Shown: positions 52,270 to 62,416, counted from the stretch's first letter. The stretch is DNA of 64,000 bases from Candidatus Bathyarchaeota archaeon (GCA_963715865.1 OY970280.1:160001-224000), one strand, 5' to 3'. The notes: generated by a model from the sequence alone, not told the origin. Numbers and translations: made by a program.

Positions 52270-53174
52270 CTCAGGACGTCGTTCAAGACTTGATTCAAGA
52301 TTTAAGCGGTTTACCATCAGCTTTCGCGGATTATGAAGCAGAACAAACAAGACTTGCCGTTGGGTCTCCAGGCAAAAATGCTGTTGCTGACTTGACATTC
52401 ACGAAATTTGGCGATAAAACATATCTTACTGATATTTATAATGAACTCCCAGCAAAAATTCTCAGAGAACTCTATTATGATCCCTACCTGCCGGGTTTGC
52501 CATACATTCTTTTCATGAATCCAACCGGTGGAATAGTGCAAGGAGACCGTTATTTTTACAAAATACAATTAAAAGAAGGCGCAGAAGCATTCATCACCGA
52601 TACAACGGCCACAAAAGTATACAAAATGGATTTGAACTATGCCAGCAAACAAGTAGACGTTTATCTTGGAAAAAACAGTCGATTGGAGTTTCTGCCAAGG
52701 GAAACTATGGTATTTGTTGATTCCAGATGGTATCAAAGAGTAACGTTTCATGTTAACGATGGGTCAAAACTTTTGTATTGTGAAATATTCTGTCCTGGTA
52801 GAGTAGCCAGGGGAGAATTTTGGGACTTTGAAATTTATTCTTCAAAGGTAGTTATTCAAGAGGACAAAAAGCTCATGCTTAATGAAAGCACAACGTTCAC
52901 AAAGCAGGACAAAGATTTACTCGACGTTATATTCGGTGATAACAAGTTTTACCTGAAAGCATACTGGTACTCCGACAACGCTGTTAACACCAAGAAAGAA
53001 ATTGATTTTCGAAATACTTATGGCGGGGCTACACAAATGGCCAATAATAGGGGTCTCATCATTAAGGCGCTTTCAAACGATTTAAATGACCTACAGCAAC
53101 TTCAAGGTGAAATCTGGAAAATTTTCCGAAAAACCGAGACAGGGATGGAAGTTCCCTTACTTCGGATGTATTGA
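52266..53174 (+). CDS. ureD: Urease accessory protein UreD
   Basis: MNPTGGIVQGD, TATKVYKM, PGRVARGE. Confidence 0.93.
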   Translation: MTQDVVQDLIQDLSGLPSAFADYEAEQTRLAVGSPGKNAVADLTFTKFGDKTYLTDIYNELPAKILRELYYDPYLPGLPYILFMNPTGGIVQGDRYFYKIQLKEGAEAFITDTTATKVYKMDLNYASKQVDVYLGKNSRLEFLPRETMVFVDSRWYQRVTFHVNDGSKLLYCEIFCPGRVARGEFWDFEIYSSKVVIQEDKKLMLNESTTFTKQDKDLLDVIFGDNKFYLKAYWYSDNAVNTKKEIDFRNTYGGATQMANNRGLIIKALSNDLNDLQQLQGEIWKIFRKTETGMEVPLLRMY

Positions 53175-53394
53175 TTTTCGTTTGCATGCGGCTGACGACG
53201 CCAATACATTAATTAGAAATTAATTAAAAAAGCTAAAGATAGGAAAACTACACTTTGAAACTGGTGTACCAATTCCGTCAATCCAAAACTGGAGCGCTAT
53301 TCTAAGATTATTATAAGTATTATTACCGTAACAGCTCTGAACCCTATATATGTTAAAAAAATAAATTCAAAGAAAGAGACTATTTTGCTTTAGC

Positions 53395-53904
53395 CTAATT
53401 TTTTCTGTTTTTTCTCTTTCGTCTAAGCTTGTCAACGATGTCAGCTTGTTCGGTAGGGAAGTAGTATGGCACCGTTCCATAGGAACTTGGAGAGACTCTT
53501 CTTGATTTCCTTTTTAGCTTCCTTTTAGCTCGCTTTGCCGCAATACTTTCTTTGATTTTCACTGTCAGAGCGTTTGAAATCAGCTGATTCATTTTTTCCA
53601 CGAGTTTCTCAGCATCTTCTTTACATTCAAGCGGAATGACAATATTCCGGTGATGAGGGAGGCTTACAGTAATTTTTCCGGTCTCGTCTAAATGTACCGA
53701 ATCTATGTCGCTTACGCGAATGTGCAACGGAACAAATATGCCAAGCATCCTACCGATTGTTTCTTTGAGAACTGGTTTATTTTCTAGTGCTTCTTCGATT
53801 TCGTTCTTGAAACTTCCTTTCAAGTCAATTTTTAGGAGATCATCGTAGAGCCTAATTGTGAAATGGGGATTGTCAACTTCCAAAACTATAGTCGTTCTAG
53901 GCAT
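53395..53904 (-). CDS. Hypothetical protein, duplicate of 3540..4049
   Basis: Near-identical 169 aa sequence; upstream promoter region also conserved. Confidence 0.75.
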   Translation of the reverse strand: MPRTTIVLEVDNPHFTIRLYDDLLKIDLKGSFKNEIEEALENKPVLKETIGRMLGIFVPLHIRVSDIDSVHLDETGKITVSLPHHRNIVIPLECKEDAEKLVEKMNQLISNALTVKIKESIAAKRAKRKLKRKSRRVSPSSYGTVPYYFPTEQADIVDKLRRKRKNRKN

Positions 53905-54001
53905 TCTATGTCCCTACCTATTAAACATGCTAACAGATGAACATTGAACATTTTATACTTAGCGTGTAAGGCTCTTGCTTTTTGTAGCCAACGGCATTCC
54001 T

Positions 54002-54238
54002 TTAGTGACTTTGCCGATGAGCTATATGGTTGCCAATGACAGCGCAAAAACGAGTATCATCACTACCGCTATACCGAAAGCGTCTATTTTCACCAGCTTT
54101 CAATTTTGCAATGGTCCCCAACGCAGTCATGGCTCCCCAAACCATCCGATTGTTCTTACTTGAAAGAAAAGCGATAAATGTGCCAACATATTGAGCGATA
54201 AGTTCTGTCTTCCTTGATTGTCCCTTATGTTGTTTCAT
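54002..54238 (-). pseudogene. Probable fragment of a HEAT-repeat-like protein
   Basis: LSSKNNRMVWGAMTALGTIA helical motif flanked by unrelated sequence. Confidence 0.35.
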
Positions 54239-54533
54239 TCTATGTTCTCTTAGCTGTTCAGGGTTTTGAAATTCGGCTTTGCAAATTGTTCTATATGAAG
54301 ACTTGTTGTCTCAGGTAAGCAACCACAAATGTGCTATATTTTAAAAAGTTCTAAAGGTCAACCTTGAATGTTTAACAAAACTAAAATTCCTTATTGGCTA
54401 ATTCGGTTAGCTTTTGCCTCTTTCCATCGGTAGATCACAAAATTCATCATAGAATTACCTTCAGAACCTGAGAAGCATTCATAAACGTAATGCGATAAAG
54501 CGGTAGTTGCAGTTCGTCTTATTTGAATAAAGC

Positions 54534-54881
54534 TCATGTGTTCTCTCTAAAGGTGTAATCGCAATTTGTGCATCTTAGGAATTGGGTGGATGATTCATCG
54601 GCGCCTCTTGTTTGCACTTGCCAGGCGTAAGCGTTGTTGTTTCCACACCTTGGGCACGCGATCTGAATGGTCGGCAAAACACTTAACTGATTTTCTTTGC
54701 TAATCACTGAAACCAACTGCTTGGGGCTATGCTCTATGGTTTTGCCGTTAATTTTTAAACTTCTATTTGTTTCTTTTGTTTTTTGTCCGCATTTACTGCA
54801 TGCGAGCACAAGCATTGCTTGTTCTCCTGACTTGACCTTTTTAGGTACAAGACGGGAACCGCATTTTATACAGAAATCCAT
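54534..54881 (-). CDS. tfs: Transcription factor S (TFS/RpoM family)
   Basis: FCIKCGSRL...CSKCG; CPRCGNN, QVQTRGADE, CTNC. Confidence 0.92.
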   Translation of the reverse strand: MDFCIKCGSRLVPKKVKSGEQAMLVLACSKCGQKTKETNRSLKINGKTIEHSPKQLVSVISKENQLSVLPTIQIACPRCGNNNAYAWQVQTRGADESSTQFLRCTNCDYTFRENT

Positions 54882-55273
54882 TAAACCAACTCCTTTTCCA
54901 GCATAAGACATATTGAAAAATAAATAGTCATGTGATTGCGTTAGCGCTATAACAGGAAAATTTTCTTGATGTGCTCAAGCAGAAATAGAAGGTTGATGGC
55001 ACGCCTGCTTGGTCGCGCCATGATTAAGGGTTGAACGCTTGTTTTTCGAGAGGTTGTAAAGCGTGTATGTGAACCCCTAACCGTTTGAATATCAACAAGC
55101 ATGACATAAATAATTTTTCCCAAATCAAGCGGCTATCAACTTCAGCTCATCTTGCATAAGTAAATTACAAATTAACGGCTTGCGATTGAATTATTAAGAG
55201 GCGCAAATCAATCTCTTGCTGGATATCTAAGTCATTATATTCTTTTCTCGCTACAGTTAACAGTTCCATTGCC

Positions 55274-55555
55274 ATGAAAAATTTTGAGGTTGTCAGAGTT
55301 CTCAGGAACATATCGATCTTGTTGGAAATGGATGACGTTCCTTTTAAGCCAAGAGCCTATGAGAAAGCAGCCATATCAATCTCGGCATTGGAAGAAGATG
55401 TCGAAGAAATCTACATGAAAAGCTGCGTTGAAGGGTTTCTGATACAGCAACTTTCAAAGGTTGATTTGAAAGAATTGATATTGAAAGTTAAAGCGAATTA
55501 TAACAAGTACAGAAGCCTCGAAGCTTATGCCGCGCTTGTCACTTGGAAAGGATAG
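55274..55555 (+). pseudogene. N-terminal fragment of family X DNA polymerase
   Basis: MKNFEVVRVLRNISILLEMDDVPFKPRAYEKAA...LEEDVEE, then unrelated. Confidence 0.75.
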
Positions 55556-55890
55556 GAAGTTCGTTATCGAGTTTTCAGGCTCCTTTTGCTAAGATTGAGT
55601 GGGGGAGATTATTTTGAAGATTGAGGATACTTCTTGACTTTACGCAGTTCTGTGTAGTAAAGAATGAACAAATCTTGATAAAATCGACTCTAAGGCTAAT
55701 CTGAAGACACCCAAGAAACTTATGAATGACAAACTGAATTGAAACGCCCAAGCTTCAAAAGTTGTTTGCTTGGTTAAATAGGTCTATCCGAAACTCAGAA
55801 AGTCTATTCCAGGATTCTTGTGGTTGAAACGGTACAATCACACATGCTTAATAGCATTTTGAAATAATACCACTTGAAGGTACGAACCAA

Positions 55891-56100
55891 ATGAAAGCAA
55901 CCGGTTTAACTGAAAAACAGAGTATCGAACTATGCGACAACGTAGGAAAGATGCTTGTAACGGAACTTGAAGCCGACGTCGTTAAAAACAAGGTCAAAAA
56001 ACTGGTCTTAGACTATGTTAAGAAGAACAAAATAGACGACGACCCTGCGGATCTATCCAACAAGCTTACTTATTCAGTAAAAGTATCCCTAAAGAAATAA
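55891..56100 (+). CDS. Small hypothetical protein
   Basis: 69 aa ORF with protein-like composition. Confidence 0.55.
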   Translation: MKATGLTEKQSIELCDNVGKMLVTELEADVVKNKVKKLVLDYVKKNKIDDDPADLSNKLTYSVKVSLKK

Positions 56101-56146
56101 AACGCGCTTCTTCCATCGAGTTTTAAGTTGATGTTCCTTTAGGTAG

Positions 56147-56325
56147 GTAACTTTCCATATCGAGAAGACTTTGAAAGATGGGCAAGAGATACACTTGGAG
56201 ACCCTGTCTTGGCTTTCAGGTTAAGCATCAGAGGAAGAACCACTTTGAGAGGAGAAGCCTTAAGAGAGTTTATTATCAAGCAAGTAAGAGCTCGATTTGA
56301 CGAGTTCAAGGTTAATATTCCTTAA
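56147..56325 (+). pseudogene. Third DUF5752-like remnant
   Basis: VTFH, frameshift, then EDFERWARDTLGDPVLAFRL...LRGEALREFI. Confidence 0.6.
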
Positions 56326-56350
56326 CTGATTATTATCTTGATAGAGCTTA

Positions 56351-57607
56351 ATGAGAACTGATATTTTTAGAGAGCAAATGGAAACTCTCTCAGAGCAGCG
56401 ATCTTTTGCTGAAGATTTTGTTCTGCCTGACTATCAAAGGCTTAGTGTTAAGAATATTTTGCCTCAAATTGGAGCAATTTTTGGTATAGGCTCTCTTGGC
56501 TCACTCAGTTTTCCTAGTGATTATTTTGGTGATTTTCAAGACATCGAGAAGGTTGTTTTGCTTATTTTCGATGGGTTGGGGTTCAACCGTTTTCTGCATC
56601 ATATAGAAAGCCATAATGGAACTTTCCTAGAGTTGGCTGAGAAAGGTATTCTTAAGCCTTTGACCACAGTTTTTCCCTCAACTACTTCAACTGTTTTAGC
56701 AAGCATTTTCACCGGTCTATCGCCTGCTCAACATCAAATAATAGGCTATCACATGTTCTCTAAAAAATACGGCTTGGTTTTCGATACTTTAGATATGAGG
56801 CCAGTTTACGGTTACAGTGGCCAAGTTGAATTAGCTAAAGACTACTCAAACAGCGTCAAGCCTTGGCTACCTATTTTAGAGCAAAATGGCGTAAAAACGT
56901 TAGTTGCAACTAAAGCATCTATTGCAGGAAGCGGCTTGTCTCAGGTTATACATAAAGACCTAAAGTTGATACCCTACCTGTTGGGCTCTGACATGTTCAT
57001 GCAATCAAGCAAAGCACTTGAAAAGCAAGGTCCAACTTTGCTTATTATGTACTATAGTGGCGTTGATACTCTTGCGCATAGATATGGACCATACTCAGAA
57101 GAGGTAACTTTTGAATTAACCTCAATAGAACACAATCTAAGGAACTTTGTTAGCAATCTCTCGGAGAAGACAAAGAAGGAAACGTTGATGCTCTTGGCGG
57201 CAGATCATGGAGTAGCGGAAACACGAAAAACGTACTTTCTAAAGGATGTTCATGAAGTGATGGCGCGACTGATGCTGCCTCCGGTTGGGGATAGTAGAGC
57301 AACTTTTCTGTTCTCAAAGCCCTATCAAAGAGATGCGCTCAGTGAAGCTTTCCGAAAGAACGTTGAAGGTTTCAAACTTTTCTCTTCTAATGAATTAATC
57401 GATAAGGATGCTTTCGGACAACCAACAAATCCCGAAGGGCTAAACGAAAAGGTTGGAGACTTTACGGCTTTAGGCATTAAGCACAACGCTTTGCAGTATC
57501 CTTTCTTTGAAGATGATAGAGTTCATCCACAGTTAGGCACGCATGGAGGCATGACAAGCGAAGAAATGATCATTCCCTTTTTATCGGTTAGACTTTCCAA
57601 GCTCTGA
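56351..57607 (+). CDS. Alkaline phosphatase superfamily protein (nucleotide pyrophosphatase/phosphodiesterase-like)
   Basis: IFDGLG, TVFPSTT, DTLAH, ADHG, GTHGG. Confidence 0.88.
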   Translation: MRTDIFREQMETLSEQRSFAEDFVLPDYQRLSVKNILPQIGAIFGIGSLGSLSFPSDYFGDFQDIEKVVLLIFDGLGFNRFLHHIESHNGTFLELAEKGILKPLTTVFPSTTSTVLASIFTGLSPAQHQIIGYHMFSKKYGLVFDTLDMRPVYGYSGQVELAKDYSNSVKPWLPILEQNGVKTLVATKASIAGSGLSQVIHKDLKLIPYLLGSDMFMQSSKALEKQGPTLLIMYYSGVDTLAHRYGPYSEEVTFELTSIEHNLRNFVSNLSEKTKKETLMLLAADHGVAETRKTYFLKDVHEVMARLMLPPVGDSRATFLFSKPYQRDALSEAFRKNVEGFKLFSSNELIDKDAFGQPTNPEGLNEKVGDFTALGIKHNALQYPFFEDDRVHPQLGTHGGMTSEEMIIPFLSVRLSKL

Positions 57608-57684
57608 CTTAAGCCAGATTAAATCAGCAGTCCATGCAGGCCTTCCGGCATGAGCGTTTTTTGCGGTAATTGCATTTAAGCTTT

Positions 57685-57890
57685 TCAGACTGGTTTTCTG
57701 GTTACTATTTCTCTCTGTTGCGGCTCCAGACAGGGCAAACCTAAAGCAGAGAAGACGCTTTCCTCCGTCTCTCCAGCCATTGCAACACAATCTTTTATCA
57801 GTCCTGTACTGCACTTTAGCGTCTACCTTTTTGATAGTGCGTAGCCTGCAAGCCACATGTTATGATCTGCTGATCCCGATGCGTATTAGC
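57685..57890 (-). pseudogene. C-terminal (thumb) remnant of family X DNA polymerase
   Basis: SGSADHNMWLAGYA...GL...AGETEESVFSALGLPCLEPQQRE* with an internal stop. Confidence 0.7.
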
Positions 57891-57932
57891 TCTTGAATGC
57901 TAAACGTTTGCGTTAAGGGAACGGATTTTTGA

Positions 57933-58283
57933 TTAAAATGGGGTGATTCTGGAACATACCCTTTGTATACCTAAACCCCCAACCGCAGCGATAATTTTTC
58001 CTTTGCTACTTGCTTCTCGTACCATTTCCACCAGGTCTCGATGAACCCGCATACGATCAGGTGCTTGATCGCCGGGAATAATCAGTGCATCGTAATCACC
58101 CAAATTCACCTCATAAGGTGAAACCTCCGAGGTAAATGGCACGCCGTGTTTGCCGATGAACTCCTTCTTCACTTTGGGCGCAACGATGTCCATCTTGTAG
58201 CCTTCTTCTTGAAATCGATAGTACGGGTAAATGAATTCTGAATCTTCTACGCCGTTTTCTACCAAAATCAACATTTTTTTCAT
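57933..58283 (-). pseudogene. Truncated PfpI/DJ-1 family protein
   Basis: MKKMLILVENGVEDSEFIYP, YDALIIPG, APDRMR; breaks at IIAA before the catalytic Cys. Confidence 0.8.
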
Positions 58284-58431
58284 TTGTTCCACCAAATTAA
58301 CAAGAACTTTGCCGATTTCCGCGATAAGGGCTTGTTGGATCCGATTCGGGTCACAAACAGCAACTGGCATAGCATGAAAGGTAGGGATAAATCAGATGTG
58401 GTTCATAATTTATCCTTGTAAGGTTTAGGTT

Positions 58432-59118
58432 ATGACTGCGAAGATCATTGAGGATCCAGCTTACAGAGACCGCGTATCTGTATTTCGGGACAGGTTTCAG
58501 GCTGGCAAGCTTTTGGCCGACAAACTCCGAGAATACACTGGTAACGGAAATGTAATCGTCTTGGCTGTGCCTGCCGGTGGAGTTCCAGTGGGCTATACGG
58601 TTGCGAAGGAACTCGCTGTCCCGATGGATGTGATGGTGGTTAGGAAGGTTCAAATTCCATGGAACACTGAAGCCGGATTCGGCGCAATAACGTGGGATGG
58701 CAAAATTGTCCTAAACGAAGGCCTGGTTGAGCAGTTAGACCTGACAGAAGAAGAGATGGAGACGTCAATCTTGAGGACCAAGAGAAATATTCAAGAGAGG
58801 CTTGGAAAGTTCAGGGGAGACAAACCCATGCCCCACTTAACGGACAAGGTTGTCGTACTCGTTGACGACGGGTTGGCCTCGGGCTTTACTATGCTGGCTG
58901 CCGCGAGATCTGTGAGGGAGAGAGCACCTAAAAAAATAATCGTCGCTGTGCCCACAGCTTCCTTAGGCGCTATCGAACTGCTCGCACCCGAAGTAGATGA
59001 GATCGTGTGCCTCAACATAAGAAGCGGGCCATCATTCGCTGTCGCAAACGCCTACGTGAACTGGTACGACTTAACGGATGAAGATGTCCTAAAGATGCTG
59101 TTAGAAAAGCATAGGTAA
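58432..59118 (+). CDS. Type I phosphoribosyltransferase-like protein
   Basis: FRDRFQAG, LAVPAGG, VVLVDDGLASG, VAVP. Confidence 0.88.
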   Translation: MTAKIIEDPAYRDRVSVFRDRFQAGKLLADKLREYTGNGNVIVLAVPAGGVPVGYTVAKELAVPMDVMVVRKVQIPWNTEAGFGAITWDGKIVLNEGLVEQLDLTEEEMETSILRTKRNIQERLGKFRGDKPMPHLTDKVVVLVDDGLASGFTMLAAARSVRERAPKKIIVAVPTASLGAIELLAPEVDEIVCLNIRSGPSFAVANAYVNWYDLTDEDVLKMLLEKHR

Positions 59119-59142
59119 AGACTAAATTTTCAAGTTTAGGCG

Positions 59143-59182
59143 AGGGTTCATACCCGTTTCGGGTAAGCCCGGTCCGGTCCAC
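59143..59182 (+). other. Degenerate att-like remnant: hairpin plus tRNA-Ala-like 3' end
   Basis: acccg-tttc-gggt hairpin followed by aagcccggtccggtccac. Confidence 0.45.
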
Positions 59183-59230
59183 ACTACACTCGCTGAATTT
59201 GAAGCTTGAGAGAAAAGACCACTTGGCAAA

Positions 59231-59265
59231 AATAAGGTTTTGAACCCTTTTGGGTTCAAGGATCT
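59231..59265. repeat. 35 bp exact inverted copy of 37589..37623
   Basis: aataaggttttgaacccttttgggttcaaggatct. Confidence 0.9.
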
Positions 59266-59345
59266 ATGGGATTTGACCCCCAAAATGGGGTAGGAACCTA
59301 CATCTGAAAAATTGTCCACTTTCAAGAAAACAATGGAAAAAGCTG

Positions 59346-59621
59346 GTGCTTTCGGGGCTTTGGACCAGCATGTGCTTTGCGTATACTGCTCTGCATGCTC
59401 TGAAAGAGGGTTACGAAGTTTACGGATTAATTGATGCTGCGGGAGACTCCACTGTGGATGCGCACAAGTACGGAGTCGAGAGAATGCTGCAGGTAGGAGT
59501 CATACCGATTACTCTTGAGTCGCTCGTTTCGGAATGGATGCATGACTGGAACAATCCAAAAGCAGGCGAACTTGTCAGGGAAGTCTATTCAAAGTACGGC
59601 GCAATGATTGGTCTCCAATGA
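59346..59621 (+). pseudogene. C-terminal fragment of a YcaC-like isochorismatase-family hydrolase
   Basis: LSGLWTSMC, GYEVYGLIDAAG, AHKYGVERM, SEWMHDW; N-terminus absent. Confidence 0.75.
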
Positions 59622-60096
59622 TGACCCATGATTCGGTTGCGGAAAACAGGCCTACGTTGTTTAGATTCAAATCTTTCTCAATATTGCATCTCAAGTCCAT
59701 ATCAAGGAATCAAAGCCCAAATTACAACACTATTGAACGCGTTAATATCTCAGGTTACTCACTGATGAAGACCTCAAAAACTCCACATTTCTATGTCTTC
59801 CCAAAAAAGATTGAAAGGAAGGGCCAGTCGTGTCCGAGGGACCAACACTTCTGAATTTAAGTTCACCGTCAAAAAGGCGTCGAATGCTATTTTGGGCCAC
59901 TCCAGAACTGAATGAGTACTATTTCCTCAAACATTCCCTTTTTTGTAATTTGACTTGGGGCCGGTTCTGAACCAAACCTTGAAACAAGCCATAGTCAAAG
60001 AACCCAAAAAACCCCCAAACGGTACAGTTACCTTTTGCGGTCAAAGTTGAATCTTAGAAAATCGGCGCAGCGGGAAAAAGGGAGGCTTGGCGCGAG

Positions 60097-61545
60097 TCAG
60101 AGTTTGAGTCCGGTTGCTACGCGCTTGCCAAACTCTTGGTCAGCTTTTGTAAGGTTTGCCACCATGCGCTGCTGAATCGGCTTGTCCGCCTTGCCCAGAG
60201 AATCAACAATGTTATCAACCAAATGGTCCTGGTCCACTTTGCTCAGAGAACGATAACGTTCACCCGCCTGCTCAAAATCGTTAGTTAGACTTATCCTCCG
60301 ACGCGTCATATCCCCTTCCATGTGCCCTTTAGCCGCGACTATGGCCTGTGCTTCTCTCGGCATTCCGCCGGCCAGAGTGTTGGGTTCATAGTTAACGGTT
60401 CCTCCACCATATGGCGCATACTGCATTGCCCCATCCCGCTGATTGTTGCTAACAGGTATCTGCGGCTGATTAACTGGAAGATGCAAATAATTGGCGCCCA
60501 GTCGGTGCCGCTGGGTATCCGCATAAGAGAAGATCCTGCCCTGCAACAGCTTATCGGCTGAAAAATCGATTCCAGGAACAATAGCGGCGGGACAGAAGGC
60601 AGCCTGCTCCACTTCAGCAAAGTAGTTCTCAGGATTGCGGTCAAGCACCATCATGCCCACTGGCATCAACGGGAACTTATCCTCAGGCCAAGTCTTCGCA
60701 GCATCAAGCGGGTCAAAGGTCTGCTTTAACTCATCAGCCATCTCCATAATCTGAACATGCAATTCAAATTCCACAGTCTTACCAGAGGCTATAGTCTCGT
60801 AAAGGTCCCGGGTCGCGATGTCCGGATCCTCCCCCGCAAGGCGAGTAGCCTCATGGCGGTCAATGGTTTCAATCCCCGCCTTGGGCTTCCAATGATACTT
60901 AACATATACAGTCTTGCCTTCCGCGTTCACCCACTCGTAAGTGTTTACGCCAAATCCTTCCATTTTTCTAAAACTTCTGACGGTTCCTCTGTCCGAAAAG
61001 AGCCAAGTGATCATGTGGGTCGATTCGGGGGATAGTGAGATGAAATCCCAAAAACGACTGTTTGCCGACGAGCTTGTGGGAATGTTCGTGTCGGGGGCCG
61101 GCTTAAAGGCATGTACCATATCTGGGAATTTGATGGCGTCACGGATGAAGAAGACTGGCAGATTGTTTCCGACCAGATCATAGTTCCCGTCTTCGGTGTA
61201 GAATTTTACTGCAAACCCTCTGGGATCGCGGGCTGTGTCGGCAGATCCTCTTGCACCGACAACAGTAGAGAAACGCACAAAAACAGGCGTCTTCTTCTTG
61301 GGGTCTTGAAGGAATTTCGCGCAAGTATACTTTGCCATGCTCTTGAAAACTTGGAAGTAGCCATGGGCACCGGCGCCCTTGGCGTGAACCACGCGCTCGG
61401 GGATGCGTTCGCGGTCGAAGTGAGCGAGTTTCTCAATCAGGTGTACATCTTGCAACAATACGGGTCCGCGTTCACCAACGGTAAGGGAATTCTGGTTGTC
61501 GGAGACTGGGACTCCTTGGTTTGTTGTAAGGTGTTTTTCTTTCAT
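60097..61545 (-). CDS. katA: Monofunctional small-subunit heme catalase
   Basis: FDRERIPERVVHAKG, RFSTV, RDPRGFAVKFYT, VGNN, QGRIFSYADTQRHRLG. Confidence 0.96.
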   Translation of the reverse strand: MKEKHLTTNQGVPVSDNQNSLTVGERGPVLLQDVHLIEKLAHFDRERIPERVVHAKGAGAHGYFQVFKSMAKYTCAKFLQDPKKKTPVFVRFSTVVGARGSADTARDPRGFAVKFYTEDGNYDLVGNNLPVFFIRDAIKFPDMVHAFKPAPDTNIPTSSSANSRFWDFISLSPESTHMITWLFSDRGTVRSFRKMEGFGVNTYEWVNAEGKTVYVKYHWKPKAGIETIDRHEATRLAGEDPDIATRDLYETIASGKTVEFELHVQIMEMADELKQTFDPLDAAKTWPEDKFPLMPVGMMVLDRNPENYFAEVEQAAFCPAAIVPGIDFSADKLLQGRIFSYADTQRHRLGANYLHLPVNQPQIPVSNNQRDGAMQYAPYGGGTVNYEPNTLAGGMPREAQAIVAAKGHMEGDMTRRRISLTNDFEQAGERYRSLSKVDQDHLVDNIVDSLGKADKPIQQRMVANLTKADQEFGKRVATGLKL

Positions 61546-61606
61546 AACTCGAAAATCTCCTTTTCCTGAATACAGTGTTTTTGTCCAAAGGTTTATTTAA
61601 GAATTG

Positions 61607-61620
61607 TTATTATCTAATAA
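61607..61620. promoter_or_regulatory. Candidate PerR/Fur box
   Basis: ttatta-tc-taataa palindrome between divergent catalase and Fur genes. Confidence 0.4.
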
Positions 61621-61625
61621 TCTGC

Positions 61626-62129
61626 ATGAATGCCTATCAGAAGTCCGATGCTGCGGCGATCGAGGCTTTGCGCAATAAGGGATACAAGGCAACCCCGCAG
61701 AGGATTGCGATTTGCCGAATTGCGCTTCACAGTCGAGAGCATCCCTCCGCCCTGAGCATCTACGATGAAGTCAAGAAAGTGCATCCAACGGTGAGCCTTG
61801 CGACAGTGTACAAGACCCTTCAGGTACTCAGAGATTTAGATTTGGTCCAAGAACTGAATTTCCCTATAGGGCAGGCGAGATTTGATTCCTACATGAAACC
61901 TCACATAAACCTGATTTGCCTGCAATGCGGTAACATAACAGACTTAGACGATCTAACCACAAGAGAAATAGCAAACAGAGTTGCCGCCGCCACCAAATTC
62001 AAGCCGAATGGACAGCGCATAGACGTATATGGAATTTGCCAAAAATGCAGCACCACCCAACTTGAGCCGCCCAATGCTTTGCATCGAGCTAAAAAGACAT
62101 TAAGAATGCAAGAAATGAGCAAAATTTGA
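61626..62129 (+). CDS. Fur/PerR family regulator
   Basis: TPQRIAI, HPSA, SLATVYKTL, HINLICLQCG, CQKC. Confidence 0.9.
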   Translation: MNAYQKSDAAAIEALRNKGYKATPQRIAICRIALHSREHPSALSIYDEVKKVHPTVSLATVYKTLQVLRDLDLVQELNFPIGQARFDSYMKPHINLICLQCGNITDLDDLTTREIANRVAAATKFKPNGQRIDVYGICQKCSTTQLEPPNALHRAKKTLRMQEMSKI

Positions 62130-62416
62130 GCATAAGTAAGGCCGCTTAGGTTAGAACCCACGTTTGAACCCACGGTGTTAACCATTCAGAGAAGAGTTAT
62201 GACCATTTTAGACCAATTGCCGGACTCTAAGGGTGGTTCTTACCCGACAAGAGACTCCAAAGCAAGCGGAAAATCCCTTTGGCAACTACAAACTATTAGT
62301 CTTGCGTTTAACAACCACTCGAGTCTTGAAACAAAAATGACTTTGTTATTGTCTCGCTACAGCCACATATATTTAAGAAAGCTTGAACCCGCTTATAGAG
62401 TGTTTAGGTGTAAGTC

